Below are positions 28,389 to 37,177 of a stretch of DNA of 64,000 nucleotides, one piece after another. The stretch comes from Betaproteobacteria bacterium (GTDB taxonomy: Bacteria > Pseudomonadota > Gammaproteobacteria > Burkholderiales > SG8-41). Location: contig JAQGMI010000152.1 of the NCBI GenBank assembly GCA_028292435.1, forward strand, positions 5,441-69,440, in the 5' to 3' direction. Position numbers and translations under genes: made by a program. Positions within the stretch are counted from its first letter, which is position 1, and each line of letters opens with the position of its first letter. The notes beneath the pieces were generated by a model. That model was not told the DNA's origin. It searched no databases and saw nothing but the letters and a program-made list of their open reading frames with translations.

Positions 28389-31300
28389 CTACTGACCTCG
28401 CCAATTCCAGCGCACCCAATAATATTCCTGGACGCGCGTCATCTGTCCTTCGCGTGCAAGTATCGCGGCATACAGCATCGTCTTTGCAAGGTGCGCCCCG
28501 CGTTCGCGCGATGTGAGGTCGAAAGCTATGTTGTTACCGCCGACCGAAATTTCGAAATCGGGCTTGATGTCTCCGACGAGGGAGTCGAGGACTGACCGCG
28601 GGATTGATGACCGCAGCCACCCGTATGCCTGCCCTTCGTTTTGGAACCACTGATCTACAGTTCGCTGCAAAACCGTGGGTGAGAGCATGTTGAATGCCGA
28701 AAGTGTTAATTCCACATGCGGCATCGCTCCGGCGGGAAATCCGGTCGTTCGAAGTACTCGCGCCAATTCAGCGTGCAACATCGTTCCGAGCCCTGCCATG
28801 GTTGATGATCTGCGGCCGCTGGCCTGAAGGTTGGCGAGCGCCTGGCGGATCGCTGTCTGCAGGTCGATCGCCATGGGTGCAGGCAGCGCTTCTTGTGCCA
28901 CCGGCTGGCCGGCGCTCTGCTCCAGCTGAGCGAAGATTGCATCGATGCGCCGCTCAATGCGCTGCTCGCGATTTTGCGCCTGCCATTGCGCTCGCGGAGT
29001 GGCACGAGTGCCAGGCTGCGGCGTTACACCGCCCATGTCAGCGACGCCAAACTGAGTGGCTGGCGCCGCCTCGGTCACCTCGATTTGCACATCGAACGGG
29101 TTGCCGAAATTAGCCTCGACGGGCGCCGCCGCCTGCATCGGAGCATCAGGCGCAAGTGACAAGTCAACTGGACCCGCGAACGGCACATCGACTGCCGAAG
29201 ACACCATCGGACCGCGACCCTCCGAGACAGAGAGCAGCTGCTCGCCGATGGGGCCACTGCTCTGCGGCATCAAGTGCACGGGCTCCGATCCCTCGAGAGT
29301 TCTGGAGATCAGTTGGTTCAGGAGGCTTCGTTGGAGCCAGCCTTTGATGCCCTTCGCGGGACCGTAAGATGATGGGGCGGGAGCGACCGGTTCCGGCGCG
29401 ATCGTGGAGACCTCGGCTTCCCCCGTGGATACCAGCGGCTCCGTTGGAGCTTCGTTGGGTGCCGCCGCCTCGGGTTCGACCGTAGTGGCCTTGGGCACCG
29501 CACGCGGCCGGGGCATTAATTTTATTAGCGCGCTCGAAGGCCCACCCATGATGCCGCCCCACGCCCCCGCTTCAAGCCACGACGCCGGCCCGCCGATCTG
29601 CGCAGCCTGGAAACGACGCTCCGATTCGGACAGCGATAATTGCGCTGCGAGGAAACTCGTCGCATCGGTTGCTGCTGCACCGGCGATGCCCGAGGAGACG
29701 CCGGCAAACGTACCTTCTGTGTATGCAGCAGCCACGGTACCCGACTCGAGGCCTAGCGCGCCCGAGGCTGCCGCGCCGAACTCTCCGAAGAAAGGCATGG
29801 CGACCGCGAAATCCATGATCGCGCCTTTAAGGATATCCGAGGGATGGAAGTCATTTAGGTCGTTATAGGAGATGTGGCCCAAACGATAGGCATGTGCTCG
29901 CGCAGCGCGCATGTCCATCCCGAATCCGCTCGCGAGGTTGCTGGTACCGTGCATCAATTTGTTCGCACCCAGCCCGAGTTTGTTGCCAGCCCATGCAAAG
30001 TATGAAAGCCCGCCCTCATCCCAATCTTCACTGGCAGCTTTTCGGATGTCATCAGCGTTTTCCTCCCATGCTTCACCCGCAGTTTGGTCCGGCATGTTCG
30101 AGCTACGGAAATCGTTCATCGCTTGCATCACGGTGTCGGCCCGACTGGCGAGAGAATGAGCGTCCGAACTCACCTTGGCGATGAGACCGGCCTGGTCTTT
30201 ATTACCGGGCATGAGAACACTCGCCAGGGTGTCTGCAGATTTTGCGAATTTAGGCATCACTTCGTGGGCGAGCGCGTAGATCTCATCTTGCGTGTAATCG
30301 GCCGGGTCCGCTGCGATTGCATTCAAACGCTCGCCGTATTTTTCGAGCAGCCATTCGACCTGAGCATTGAGCAACGCGATTTCCGACAACTGGCGCGCAT
30401 CGTTCAATGCGATGAGCGTCCACAAGTAAGCGCCTCGCATCGAAAGCGGATCGAGAGATGCCAGCGCAAGCGCGCCGTGATCGTCCTGCAAGCGCTTGAA
30501 ATTTACCGTGAACGTCAACTCGCTTTCGATGTCCATCTGCCCGTCCGGGTCGGGTAACTCGACATTGAGCAGCGGATCGCCAAGCGGTTCCAGCATCTGA
30601 CGTGCAGCTTCATTGCGGGCGATCTCAGCGACGTACACCTCAACGTCGGTGTGGCTGCGGGCTGCGTTAAGCATGCCGGGCATCAGCGCGGCGATCAGCT
30701 CTTCGCGCGAAACGTATTCGGTCGTAGGTGCGAGGAATTTCGAAAGCGGGGCTTGCGCGAAAAAAAGACCTTTTTCACCGTCATACGGCACGCCGCGGCG
30801 AAGGTGTTCTCGCCGATAGGCGGCGTCCTGCAGCAACTGAAGGGACTCGCGGTCGAGTGCGACTGCAAGAAATGGATAGTCGGCAAGCGGGTTCTCGGGT
30901 ATCGGCTCGCAGACCGCCGGGTCATCGGCGGAGCACGTCGACTCAAGAGGTTTGCGCTGCAGCCGTTTTCGCCCGGAACGCTGTTGTTGCTGCACGTGAG
31001 CGAGCTCGTGTGCTATCAGCAGCTGCCCACGCGTTGTATCGGGCCGCAATTCATCACGGCCGAAAAAAACTTCGCTGCCCTGCGTAAAGGCGCGCGAGCC
31101 GTGGGCGGCGGCCGCCGTTTCGGCGGCGGGGCCAGCGTGCATGCGCACGTCCTTTAACGATGTCCCTAAGCGAGCTTCCAGGCGTTCTTGCTGTCCTAAA
31201 GGTAGGTCCTTTAATTTAGGCTCCGCATCATTGTTGAAATTTTGAGCGGGCTTGTTGAGCGTCGCGGAAGATGAGACGACGTCCTCCGCAAAGCGATCTG

Positions 31301-31559
31301 CTTCCTGCTCGTGGCTGTCGCCGCGGGAATCGGCACCACGCTTGGTGTTTACTTTTGCTTGGGCACGGAAGTTTGCCGTTTGCGCGATTCGCTGCTCTGC
31401 TTGATTGCCCGCCGCACGTTGCGCATCTCCCGCTGTCCGGTCGCTGCTTTTCGCTCCCGTTCGCCGTAACGTCCTGGACGGCATGTCATGCTCAGGTCTC
31501 GACTTCGGGTGATGGTCAAAATCCGACACGATCAAATCCGCGCGTAACGGTGCTATCAC
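28389..31559 (-). CDS. giant DUF4157-domain protein, putative eCIS cargo/effector 1
   Basis: 1056 aa. AGNQAEQRI...AQAKV...HEQEADRFAEDV leader, then the DUF4157 core LKDVRMHAGPAAETAAAAHGSRAFTQGSEVFFGRDE...LIAHELAHVQQQ (about nt 30975-31208). It is the last gene of the operon. Confidence 0.8.
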   Translation of the reverse strand: MIAPLRADLIVSDFDHHPKSRPEHDMPSRTLRRTGAKSSDRTAGDAQRAAGNQAEQRIAQTANFRAQAKVNTKRGADSRGDSHEQEADRFAEDVVSSSATLNKPAQNFNNDAEPKLKDLPLGQQERLEARLGTSLKDVRMHAGPAAETAAAAHGSRAFTQGSEVFFGRDELRPDTTRGQLLIAHELAHVQQQQRSGRKRLQRKPLESTCSADDPAVCEPIPENPLADYPFLAVALDRESLQLLQDAAYRREHLRRGVPYDGEKGLFFAQAPLSKFLAPTTEYVSREELIAALMPGMLNAARSHTDVEVYVAEIARNEAARQMLEPLGDPLLNVELPDPDGQMDIESELTFTVNFKRLQDDHGALALASLDPLSMRGAYLWTLIALNDARQLSEIALLNAQVEWLLEKYGERLNAIAADPADYTQDEIYALAHEVMPKFAKSADTLASVLMPGNKDQAGLIAKVSSDAHSLASRADTVMQAMNDFRSSNMPDQTAGEAWEENADDIRKAASEDWDEGGLSYFAWAGNKLGLGANKLMHGTSNLASGFGMDMRAARAHAYRLGHISYNDLNDFHPSDILKGAIMDFAVAMPFFGEFGAAASGALGLESGTVAAAYTEGTFAGVSSGIAGAAATDATSFLAAQLSLSESERRFQAAQIGGPASWLEAGAWGGIMGGPSSALIKLMPRPRAVPKATTVEPEAAAPNEAPTEPLVSTGEAEVSTIAPEPVAPAPSSYGPAKGIKGWLQRSLLNQLISRTLEGSEPVHLMPQSSGPIGEQLLSVSEGRGPMVSSAVDVPFAGPVDLSLAPDAPMQAAAPVEANFGNPFDVQIEVTEAAPATQFGVADMGGVTPQPGTRATPRAQWQAQNREQRIERRIDAIFAQLEQSAGQPVAQEALPAPMAIDLQTAIRQALANLQASGRRSSTMAGLGTMLHAELARVLRTTGFPAGAMPHVELTLSAFNMLSPTVLQRTVDQWFQNEGQAYGWLRSSIPRSVLDSLVGDIKPDFEISVGGNNIAFDLTSRERGAHLAKTMLYAAILAREGQMTRVQEYYWVRWNWRGQ

Positions 31560-31607
31560 ATCGACACATGGGCGCTTTCGTCGCCCCTGCGCGACGGGAG
31601 AAATCCT

Positions 31608-34600
31608 TCATCGCCACGACATGACTCTCACTTCGACGGGCACTCCCGGTCCTTCGGTGGAATTCACGACAGCTTGCTCGGCTGCACGCTGCAGCGACTC
31701 CACCGCTGCTCGGGCTTCTCCGCGAACCTGTATATGCAGAATCGCTCGTTCCGGCGATGCCGGTTCGATACGGACGTACCAATCGTGAGCCGGATCGTAT
31801 TCAGCTTTGCGGCCCGACTTTCGATTCATGTCTTTCAATGCCGCCTTTACAACTTTGTCGATGTAATCCGGCGTGGCGTCCGTTCCTTCGACTTGAGTTT
31901 TGTCGCTTAACCATTCGCCTCCTTCAATACTTATATTCATGACCGTCTGCTTGGTCTTCGGCGTCCCTAAACTCTCGACGGTAAATTTGACGGTAGCCGT
32001 GCCGCCGCGAACGTGATCGTACGCCGGATATCCTGCCGGCAGCTGTCGCATGCCGGGGTAAAACTTTCCGATGTTCGGCTCTGCCGCAAGGCCCGCAGGT
32101 TGTTGCGCAGGGAACGCGTTTTCGAATCCGCCGGCGGGAGGCAAACCTGGCAGGTTTGCTCCGGGAAGCGCTTTGGGAGGCGGCTCTGAGGGCCCCGGCG
32201 GCAAGGCGGCCGGGGCGGTGCTCGTCGGCGGCGCTTGATTATTGGTGGCGTTTAGCAAAGGAACTTCCGGCTGCAATTCACCGCCTTTGACGACTCGTGT
32301 TTTGCCACCGGAATATACGATGCCGTCCCCTGTGATCCGGTTGATGCGGAAGATCCCGTTTGAGTTGTTAGCGGGGTCGACCACAACACCTAAACAGTCT
32401 CCTGTTTCGGGGTTGTCGCTGATTATTCTCCACACAAACTTAGGCTTGGGCGGCGGCCCGGGAGCAAGCGCGTCCTGCGACCCCAATTCAATAGTGTCCC
32501 CGCTTGACACGACTTGCACCGGCTTGGACGAGGGCACCTTGACGATCGATTTGCTTTTACCCGCCGAAGCATTGGGAGCCCCTACCTTTGACTCAGCAAT
32601 CCGCTTAGCCGCCCAGCCACCGGCTGTGGACGCAATTGCAGCCGCCGTATTGAGGATGGCTAGCAGAAGCGCGGCCTGATCCGCGTCATTCTGTGCTTTC
32701 GCTTCATCAACTTGTGCCGGCGTAACAAGGTCGGTACCAGGCTTTACCGCCACTTTTGAGGCCAACAGCATTGCCTTGTATTGCTCAGCCGACATGCCGG
32801 CTTTTGCGCTCGTGGCAACCAGGCCAACGATTGAAGCGGCAACGCCACCTACCCCGGGCACGACCCCACCAATCATGAACGCCATCTGACTGACAGCTTC
32901 TAAACCCAAAGCTTTGAGTGCCTTGTCGTTGTCATGCCCTTGCGTAAGACCTTTAGCGAGCTTGCGCGGAAGAGCCAAAGCCCAATTGGTTTTACTGGTT
33001 GCCTCGATCCCGTTGTAAAGCTGCTCATGCAGGAGCGTTAAATCAAGCGGATTGAGCGCGTTGCCAAGCTTCGCTTTAGCTTGCGTTATATCGCCGCGAA
33101 GCTTGTTCAGCGCTGCGGCAAGCTGCTTACGCGCGACGGCTGGATCGGCTTGCGCAAACGACTGGGTCGTCTCGCTCTTTCCCTCCCGGGTGATCGCATA
33201 AATCAATGGATGTTTGGTAACAAGCGCTCGAATGCCTTCAATGCCCAATTGATATGCATTCAGCATTTCACCGTAAGACTGCAAGTTGACCGGACGGTCC
33301 TGCGGATGGTGAACCGGGTGGTGATCCGCCATTGGGCTGGGATCGTTTAAATCGACCACCGGCGCGGCGGCCCGTTCGGGCGGATGAAATGGATCGAACG
33401 TAACCGGGATCCAATACTGCTTTGACTCGAGGCCTACATGGCCCAGGCTATAGCCCACGTAAACTTGGCGCGCGCGATCCATCTCCTCCTGCGCGTGGGC
33501 TACAGACGCAGCGGCTGATTTCATCGCCAGCATCTGCTGCTCCTGATTCACCGCGGGTGCGCCACTTTGCGGCGCGTCGCCCAATGGAATTCCGGCGGCT
33601 TGCGATTCCGATACAACCAGAGCATCGTTCTGATCGAGATAGCGTGTAGCGAGCGCAACGACATCCGGCGTAAACGCATCGCGCAGTTCTTTGACCTTTG
33701 GAAGATCCTCCAGCTCGGCCCCCGCCTCAACGCTTGCTTCCCATAAAGCCAGGCCTATGAAGCTGGATGCGGCGGAAACAAGCCGATCACCGAAACTCTT
33801 CCAGATGTCCTCCAGCGCATACTCGTCATTGGGACCGACCCAAGTTTGGTCGAGCACGATCCTGATCAGCTTGAACTTGTCCTCTTCGCTCACCTCGTAA
33901 AAGTTTTTAATGTCCTGCACATCGCCGGACTTTTTCGATTTCAGCGCTTTCTCGACCAATTCCTTATTCTTGCGAGATGCTTCGGCGGGTATGGAGGCCG
34001 TTGGTTGTGAGGCCGTCGACGCTCCCGCCGGGACTGATGCAGGCGCCGTACCGGAAGTCATTCCCGCGCTATCCGGCGCACGGTTGATTCTCGCGTTCAC
34101 GCCGGCGGATGTCTGCTGCACGACATGGGCAAGTTCGTGCGCGAGAAGCCTGCGGCCATCCTTCGTGGTCGGTGAAAATTCGTTTTTTCCGAAAACGACA
34201 TGCTCTCCGGCGGTATACGCTTTGGCTTGAATCGCTCGGGCAGACTCGGCGGCGGAATTGTCTGCATGCACTCGAACACCGCTGAAGTCAGTGGCAAACC
34301 GTTGCTCGAAGTCACTTCGAATCCGCGGAGGTAGCGGCTGCCCCCCCGTGCTCAAGCTGAGCGATTCAGATGATGGATTGCTCAATGCTGACTTTCTTTG
34401 CCCGGGCACCACCTTGCGCCGGATTTTTTCTTCTGCCTCTCCATTTCGGCGCGAAGGCGGTGCATATGGCTCGCTCGCCGAAATGCGCTCAGAGGTTTGA
34501 TGTGCGGCGGGCATTTGAACTTCGTTGAAGCGTCCTGCTGTTGCGAATTTGGTCGAAGCTCTGCCGTTGCTCTTTGCCGAGAGCGGCAGATCCAATACTC

Positions 34601-34997
34601 GGTCCGCAATGCGATCGGCTTCCACTTCGTCCGGGTCAGATGGGTCGCTGACGCTCAGCTTCGCCTGAATTCGACTCGATCTGAGCAAACACTGCACGGC
34701 GAGATTCCCTGCGAGCAGCATATTTCCGCCGGGTGCATGAGTCTCCCCATGTGAATCGCGATTCACGCGCTTGCCCGCTTCGATAGCAGCGTTGCGAGCA
34801 AGCGGTTGACGCGGCTTATCGAGATTATGAGCAGGCAACTTATTCGCCTTGCCGGCGGATCCTGGCATCGAAACAACCGAGCGCGGTTTCGGCGAGGCAC
34901 TTGGTCGTTTTACGCTGCTTTTCGATCGCGCAGCCGCACGCTCCGGCACCGGTCGTGCAACTGGCGCCATTTTCTTTGCGGCTACGGCACTCATCAC
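31608..34997 (-). CDS. giant DUF4157-domain protein, putative eCIS cargo/effector 2
   Basis: 1129 aa. AGNLAVQCLLRSSRIQAKLSVSDPSDPDEVEADRIADRV leader and DUF4157 core FSGVRVHADNSAAESARAIQAKAYTAGEHVVFGKNEF...LLAHELAHVVQQ (about nt 34107-34346). The likely true start, ATG 34994, overlaps the ATPase stop (TGATG). Confidence 0.85.
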   Translation of the reverse strand: MMSAVAAKKMAPVARPVPERAAARSKSSVKRPSASPKPRSVVSMPGSAGKANKLPAHNLDKPRQPLARNAAIEAGKRVNRDSHGETHAPGGNMLLAGNLAVQCLLRSSRIQAKLSVSDPSDPDEVEADRIADRVLDLPLSAKSNGRASTKFATAGRFNEVQMPAAHQTSERISASEPYAPPSRRNGEAEEKIRRKVVPGQRKSALSNPSSESLSLSTGGQPLPPRIRSDFEQRFATDFSGVRVHADNSAAESARAIQAKAYTAGEHVVFGKNEFSPTTKDGRRLLAHELAHVVQQTSAGVNARINRAPDSAGMTSGTAPASVPAGASTASQPTASIPAEASRKNKELVEKALKSKKSGDVQDIKNFYEVSEEDKFKLIRIVLDQTWVGPNDEYALEDIWKSFGDRLVSAASSFIGLALWEASVEAGAELEDLPKVKELRDAFTPDVVALATRYLDQNDALVVSESQAAGIPLGDAPQSGAPAVNQEQQMLAMKSAAASVAHAQEEMDRARQVYVGYSLGHVGLESKQYWIPVTFDPFHPPERAAAPVVDLNDPSPMADHHPVHHPQDRPVNLQSYGEMLNAYQLGIEGIRALVTKHPLIYAITREGKSETTQSFAQADPAVARKQLAAALNKLRGDITQAKAKLGNALNPLDLTLLHEQLYNGIEATSKTNWALALPRKLAKGLTQGHDNDKALKALGLEAVSQMAFMIGGVVPGVGGVAASIVGLVATSAKAGMSAEQYKAMLLASKVAVKPGTDLVTPAQVDEAKAQNDADQAALLLAILNTAAAIASTAGGWAAKRIAESKVGAPNASAGKSKSIVKVPSSKPVQVVSSGDTIELGSQDALAPGPPPKPKFVWRIISDNPETGDCLGVVVDPANNSNGIFRINRITGDGIVYSGGKTRVVKGGELQPEVPLLNATNNQAPPTSTAPAALPPGPSEPPPKALPGANLPGLPPAGGFENAFPAQQPAGLAAEPNIGKFYPGMRQLPAGYPAYDHVRGGTATVKFTVESLGTPKTKQTVMNISIEGGEWLSDKTQVEGTDATPDYIDKVVKAALKDMNRKSGRKAEYDPAHDWYVRIEPASPERAILHIQVRGEARAAVESLQRAAEQAVVNSTEGPGVPVEVRVMSWR

Positions 34998-37177
34998 TTT
35001 ATCGCGCTGATCGTGCGTGAACGCTTCCGCGGCGGCTCGCCCACCAATCCCTGATACTGTCGAAAATCGGCGGCCGTCGGCGTCTTACCTTGCTTTGCCA
35101 TTTGCCGCGCGAGCGCTTCGATCACGCACCGCATATCGATTACGTTACTTCCTTGCGCCGCCAGAAACGCCGCGTCCAGCGCAACGTTGCGGATATCGCC
35201 CCCCGCGAGATCGAACTGTTTTGCCAAAAACGTGAAATCAACATCTTCGGCGAGCGGCGCACGCGCCGGGAACATGCCGCGCCACAGGTGCATGCGCTGT
35301 TCCTCATCGGGCGGCGGAAAGTCGATCACGTAATGCACGCGACGATTGAACGCGTCGTCGATATTGCGGCGCAGGTTGGTGGCCAGAATGACGATGCCGT
35401 CGTGCTCTTCGAGCTTCTGTAATAGATAGGCCACTTCGATATTGGCGTAGCGGTCGTGCGCGTCTTTGACTTCGGAACGCTTCCCCATGATCGCCTCGGC
35501 TTCGTCGAGAAAGACAATCGCGTTCGACGTGCGCGCCGCATAGAAAATCCGATCGAGATTTTTCTCCGTTTCGCCGATATATTTGCTGACGATACCGGAC
35601 AGGTCGATCTTGTACATATCGAGGCCCAGATCCCGCGCGATCAGCCCGGCGGCCATGGTCTTACCGGTCCCTGATGGACCTGCGAACAGTGCTTTCACGC
35701 CAGTGCCCGTGCTTACCCGGGCGGCGAAACCCCAATCGTTGTAGACGACATGCCGGAAGCGAATTGCCGCCGTCATCTCATCCAGACGTTGCATCGTATT
35801 AGCGGGCAACACGAGGTCTGAGCGTGCATAACGCGACTCGATTTTCGTCGCAAGCCGTTCGAGACTTTGATCTGCACCCATGCGAACTGCGCTGGCGAGC
35901 GCGGCGGCGTCGATGCCGTCCTGTTCACCATTAAGCAGTTTGATGTCGCGCGCGCTGGCGATAGCGTCGTCGATTTGTCCTGGCGACAATGCAAATCGAT
36001 TCGCGAGCAGTTGCGCATCGGCCACCGGCAAATCGATCTGGCGCCGCGCGAGCAGTTTTTGCCACACTGCCGTCGCCTGCGAAAAATCGTCGAGCACGAA
36101 ACGGAATTCCAGCGCGCGGCGCCCGCGCATCCACGGGCGCCCGGAAGCGCCAGGCGCTACGCTGAGAACGATCGGCGATCCTACTTCTGCGAGCGCGCAA
36201 GAGAGATCGCACGTCTTTGGTGCCCCGTGAGCCTCCGCCGGCAAGCCGTCGAAACCGACGATGTGCAGCACTGCGGGGCGCAAGCGCAGCTGCAGTGCAA
36301 GCAGCGCCAGCAGGTCCGAAAAATTGTCGTCCCGCAACGCCAGCGCCAGATCGAATGTGCAAAGAGGCAGACGCAGTGCCAACGCAAGCGCTTCCGCGGT
36401 GGCGCTACGGCCCGCACCGCCGCTGCCCGAAAAAATCAGTACATTGGACTTGCACCCGTCGGCGTAAAGCGCCGGCAGCTTTGACAGCTCATGTTGGCGT
36501 TGATCGGATAACGGTAAATCCTGCCATCTCAGCGCCGGCCTGGTGATGCGCGCAACGCCGGCCAGCCGCGCGTCGTCTGCGGCCACGCCCTTCAAGTATT
36601 GCGCGACAGGCGTGCTGACAAAAAATCCACCATTGAGCAAGGCCGCGTGGCCCGTCGGCGGCGCAGTGCGTTCAAGCAATAACTCCCTGAACAACGGCCC
36701 GTGCGGCGAAAGCGCCTCGAGTACTGAGACCGCGCCGTGAACGTGGGCAAACAATCGCTCGGCCATGTCGAACGTCGGCCATTTACGCGTCACGTCATTA
36801 TTCAGATAAGCGAACACGGTCTCATAGCGAAGATCGAATTCCACCGCCGATCCCAATAGCAGCAAGTGCTGATCGACCGTCGCCAGACCAAACTCCGAGG
36901 CCAACTCTTTCCATGCGCGGCTCGTGAAGTCCGGATGCGGATATCCGACGTCGGAATCGGTTTGAGCCGCAGCCACTCCGCGCTCGCCTGCAATCCACTC
37001 GTCAACCTGCGCATCGCTCACATAAAGTCCGCGAAATTCATCGAGCGACAGTTGATAGCGGGTGCGCAACCGCTCGATCTCGCGCCCGAGCAGCGAGTCG
37101 AGCCACGCGAACTGAAGCTGCATGTCTTCTGGAATCGCCATTGCGCCGGTTAGTCGCTCGTGAATAGCCCGTAACAT
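34994..37177 (-). CDS. AAA+ ATPase, Afp15/Pvc15-like eCIS assembly/cargo-loading ATPase
   Basis: 727 aa (alternative start at Met 37141 avoids overlap with the upstream gene). C-terminal AAA module: Walker [14 protein letters not shown], Walker [11 protein letters not shown], and [13 protein letters not shown]. Confidence 0.9.
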   Translation of the reverse strand: MLRAIHERLTGAMAIPEDMQLQFAWLDSLLGREIERLRTRYQLSLDEFRGLYVSDAQVDEWIAGERGVAAAQTDSDVGYPHPDFTSRAWKELASEFGLATVDQHLLLLGSAVEFDLRYETVFAYLNNDVTRKWPTFDMAERLFAHVHGAVSVLEALSPHGPLFRELLLERTAPPTGHAALLNGGFFVSTPVAQYLKGVAADDARLAGVARITRPALRWQDLPLSDQRQHELSKLPALYADGCKSNVLIFSGSGGAGRSATAEALALALRLPLCTFDLALALRDDNFSDLLALLALQLRLRPAVLHIVGFDGLPAEAHGAPKTCDLSCALAEVGSPIVLSVAPGASGRPWMRGRRALEFRFVLDDFSQATAVWQKLLARRQIDLPVADAQLLANRFALSPGQIDDAIASARDIKLLNGEQDGIDAAALASAVRMGADQSLERLATKIESRYARSDLVLPANTMQRLDEMTAAIRFRHVVYNDWGFAARVSTGTGVKALFAGPSGTGKTMAAGLIARDLGLDMYKIDLSGIVSKYIGETEKNLDRIFYAARTSNAIVFLDEAEAIMGKRSEVKDAHDRYANIEVAYLLQKLEEHDGIVILATNLRRNIDDAFNRRVHYVIDFPPPDEEQRMHLWRGMFPARAPLAEDVDFTFLAKQFDLAGGDIRNVALDAAFLAAQGSNVIDMRCVIEALARQMAKQGKTPTAADFRQYQGLVGEPPRKRSRTISAIK

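Noticed and set aside
28283-28516. 77-aa plus-strand ORF at the 3' end of the last effector gene, considered as a possible immunity gene
   Set aside because: It runs antisense to and overlaps the effector coding end. It has no RBS and no recognisable protein features, and its composition looks like a shadow ORF.
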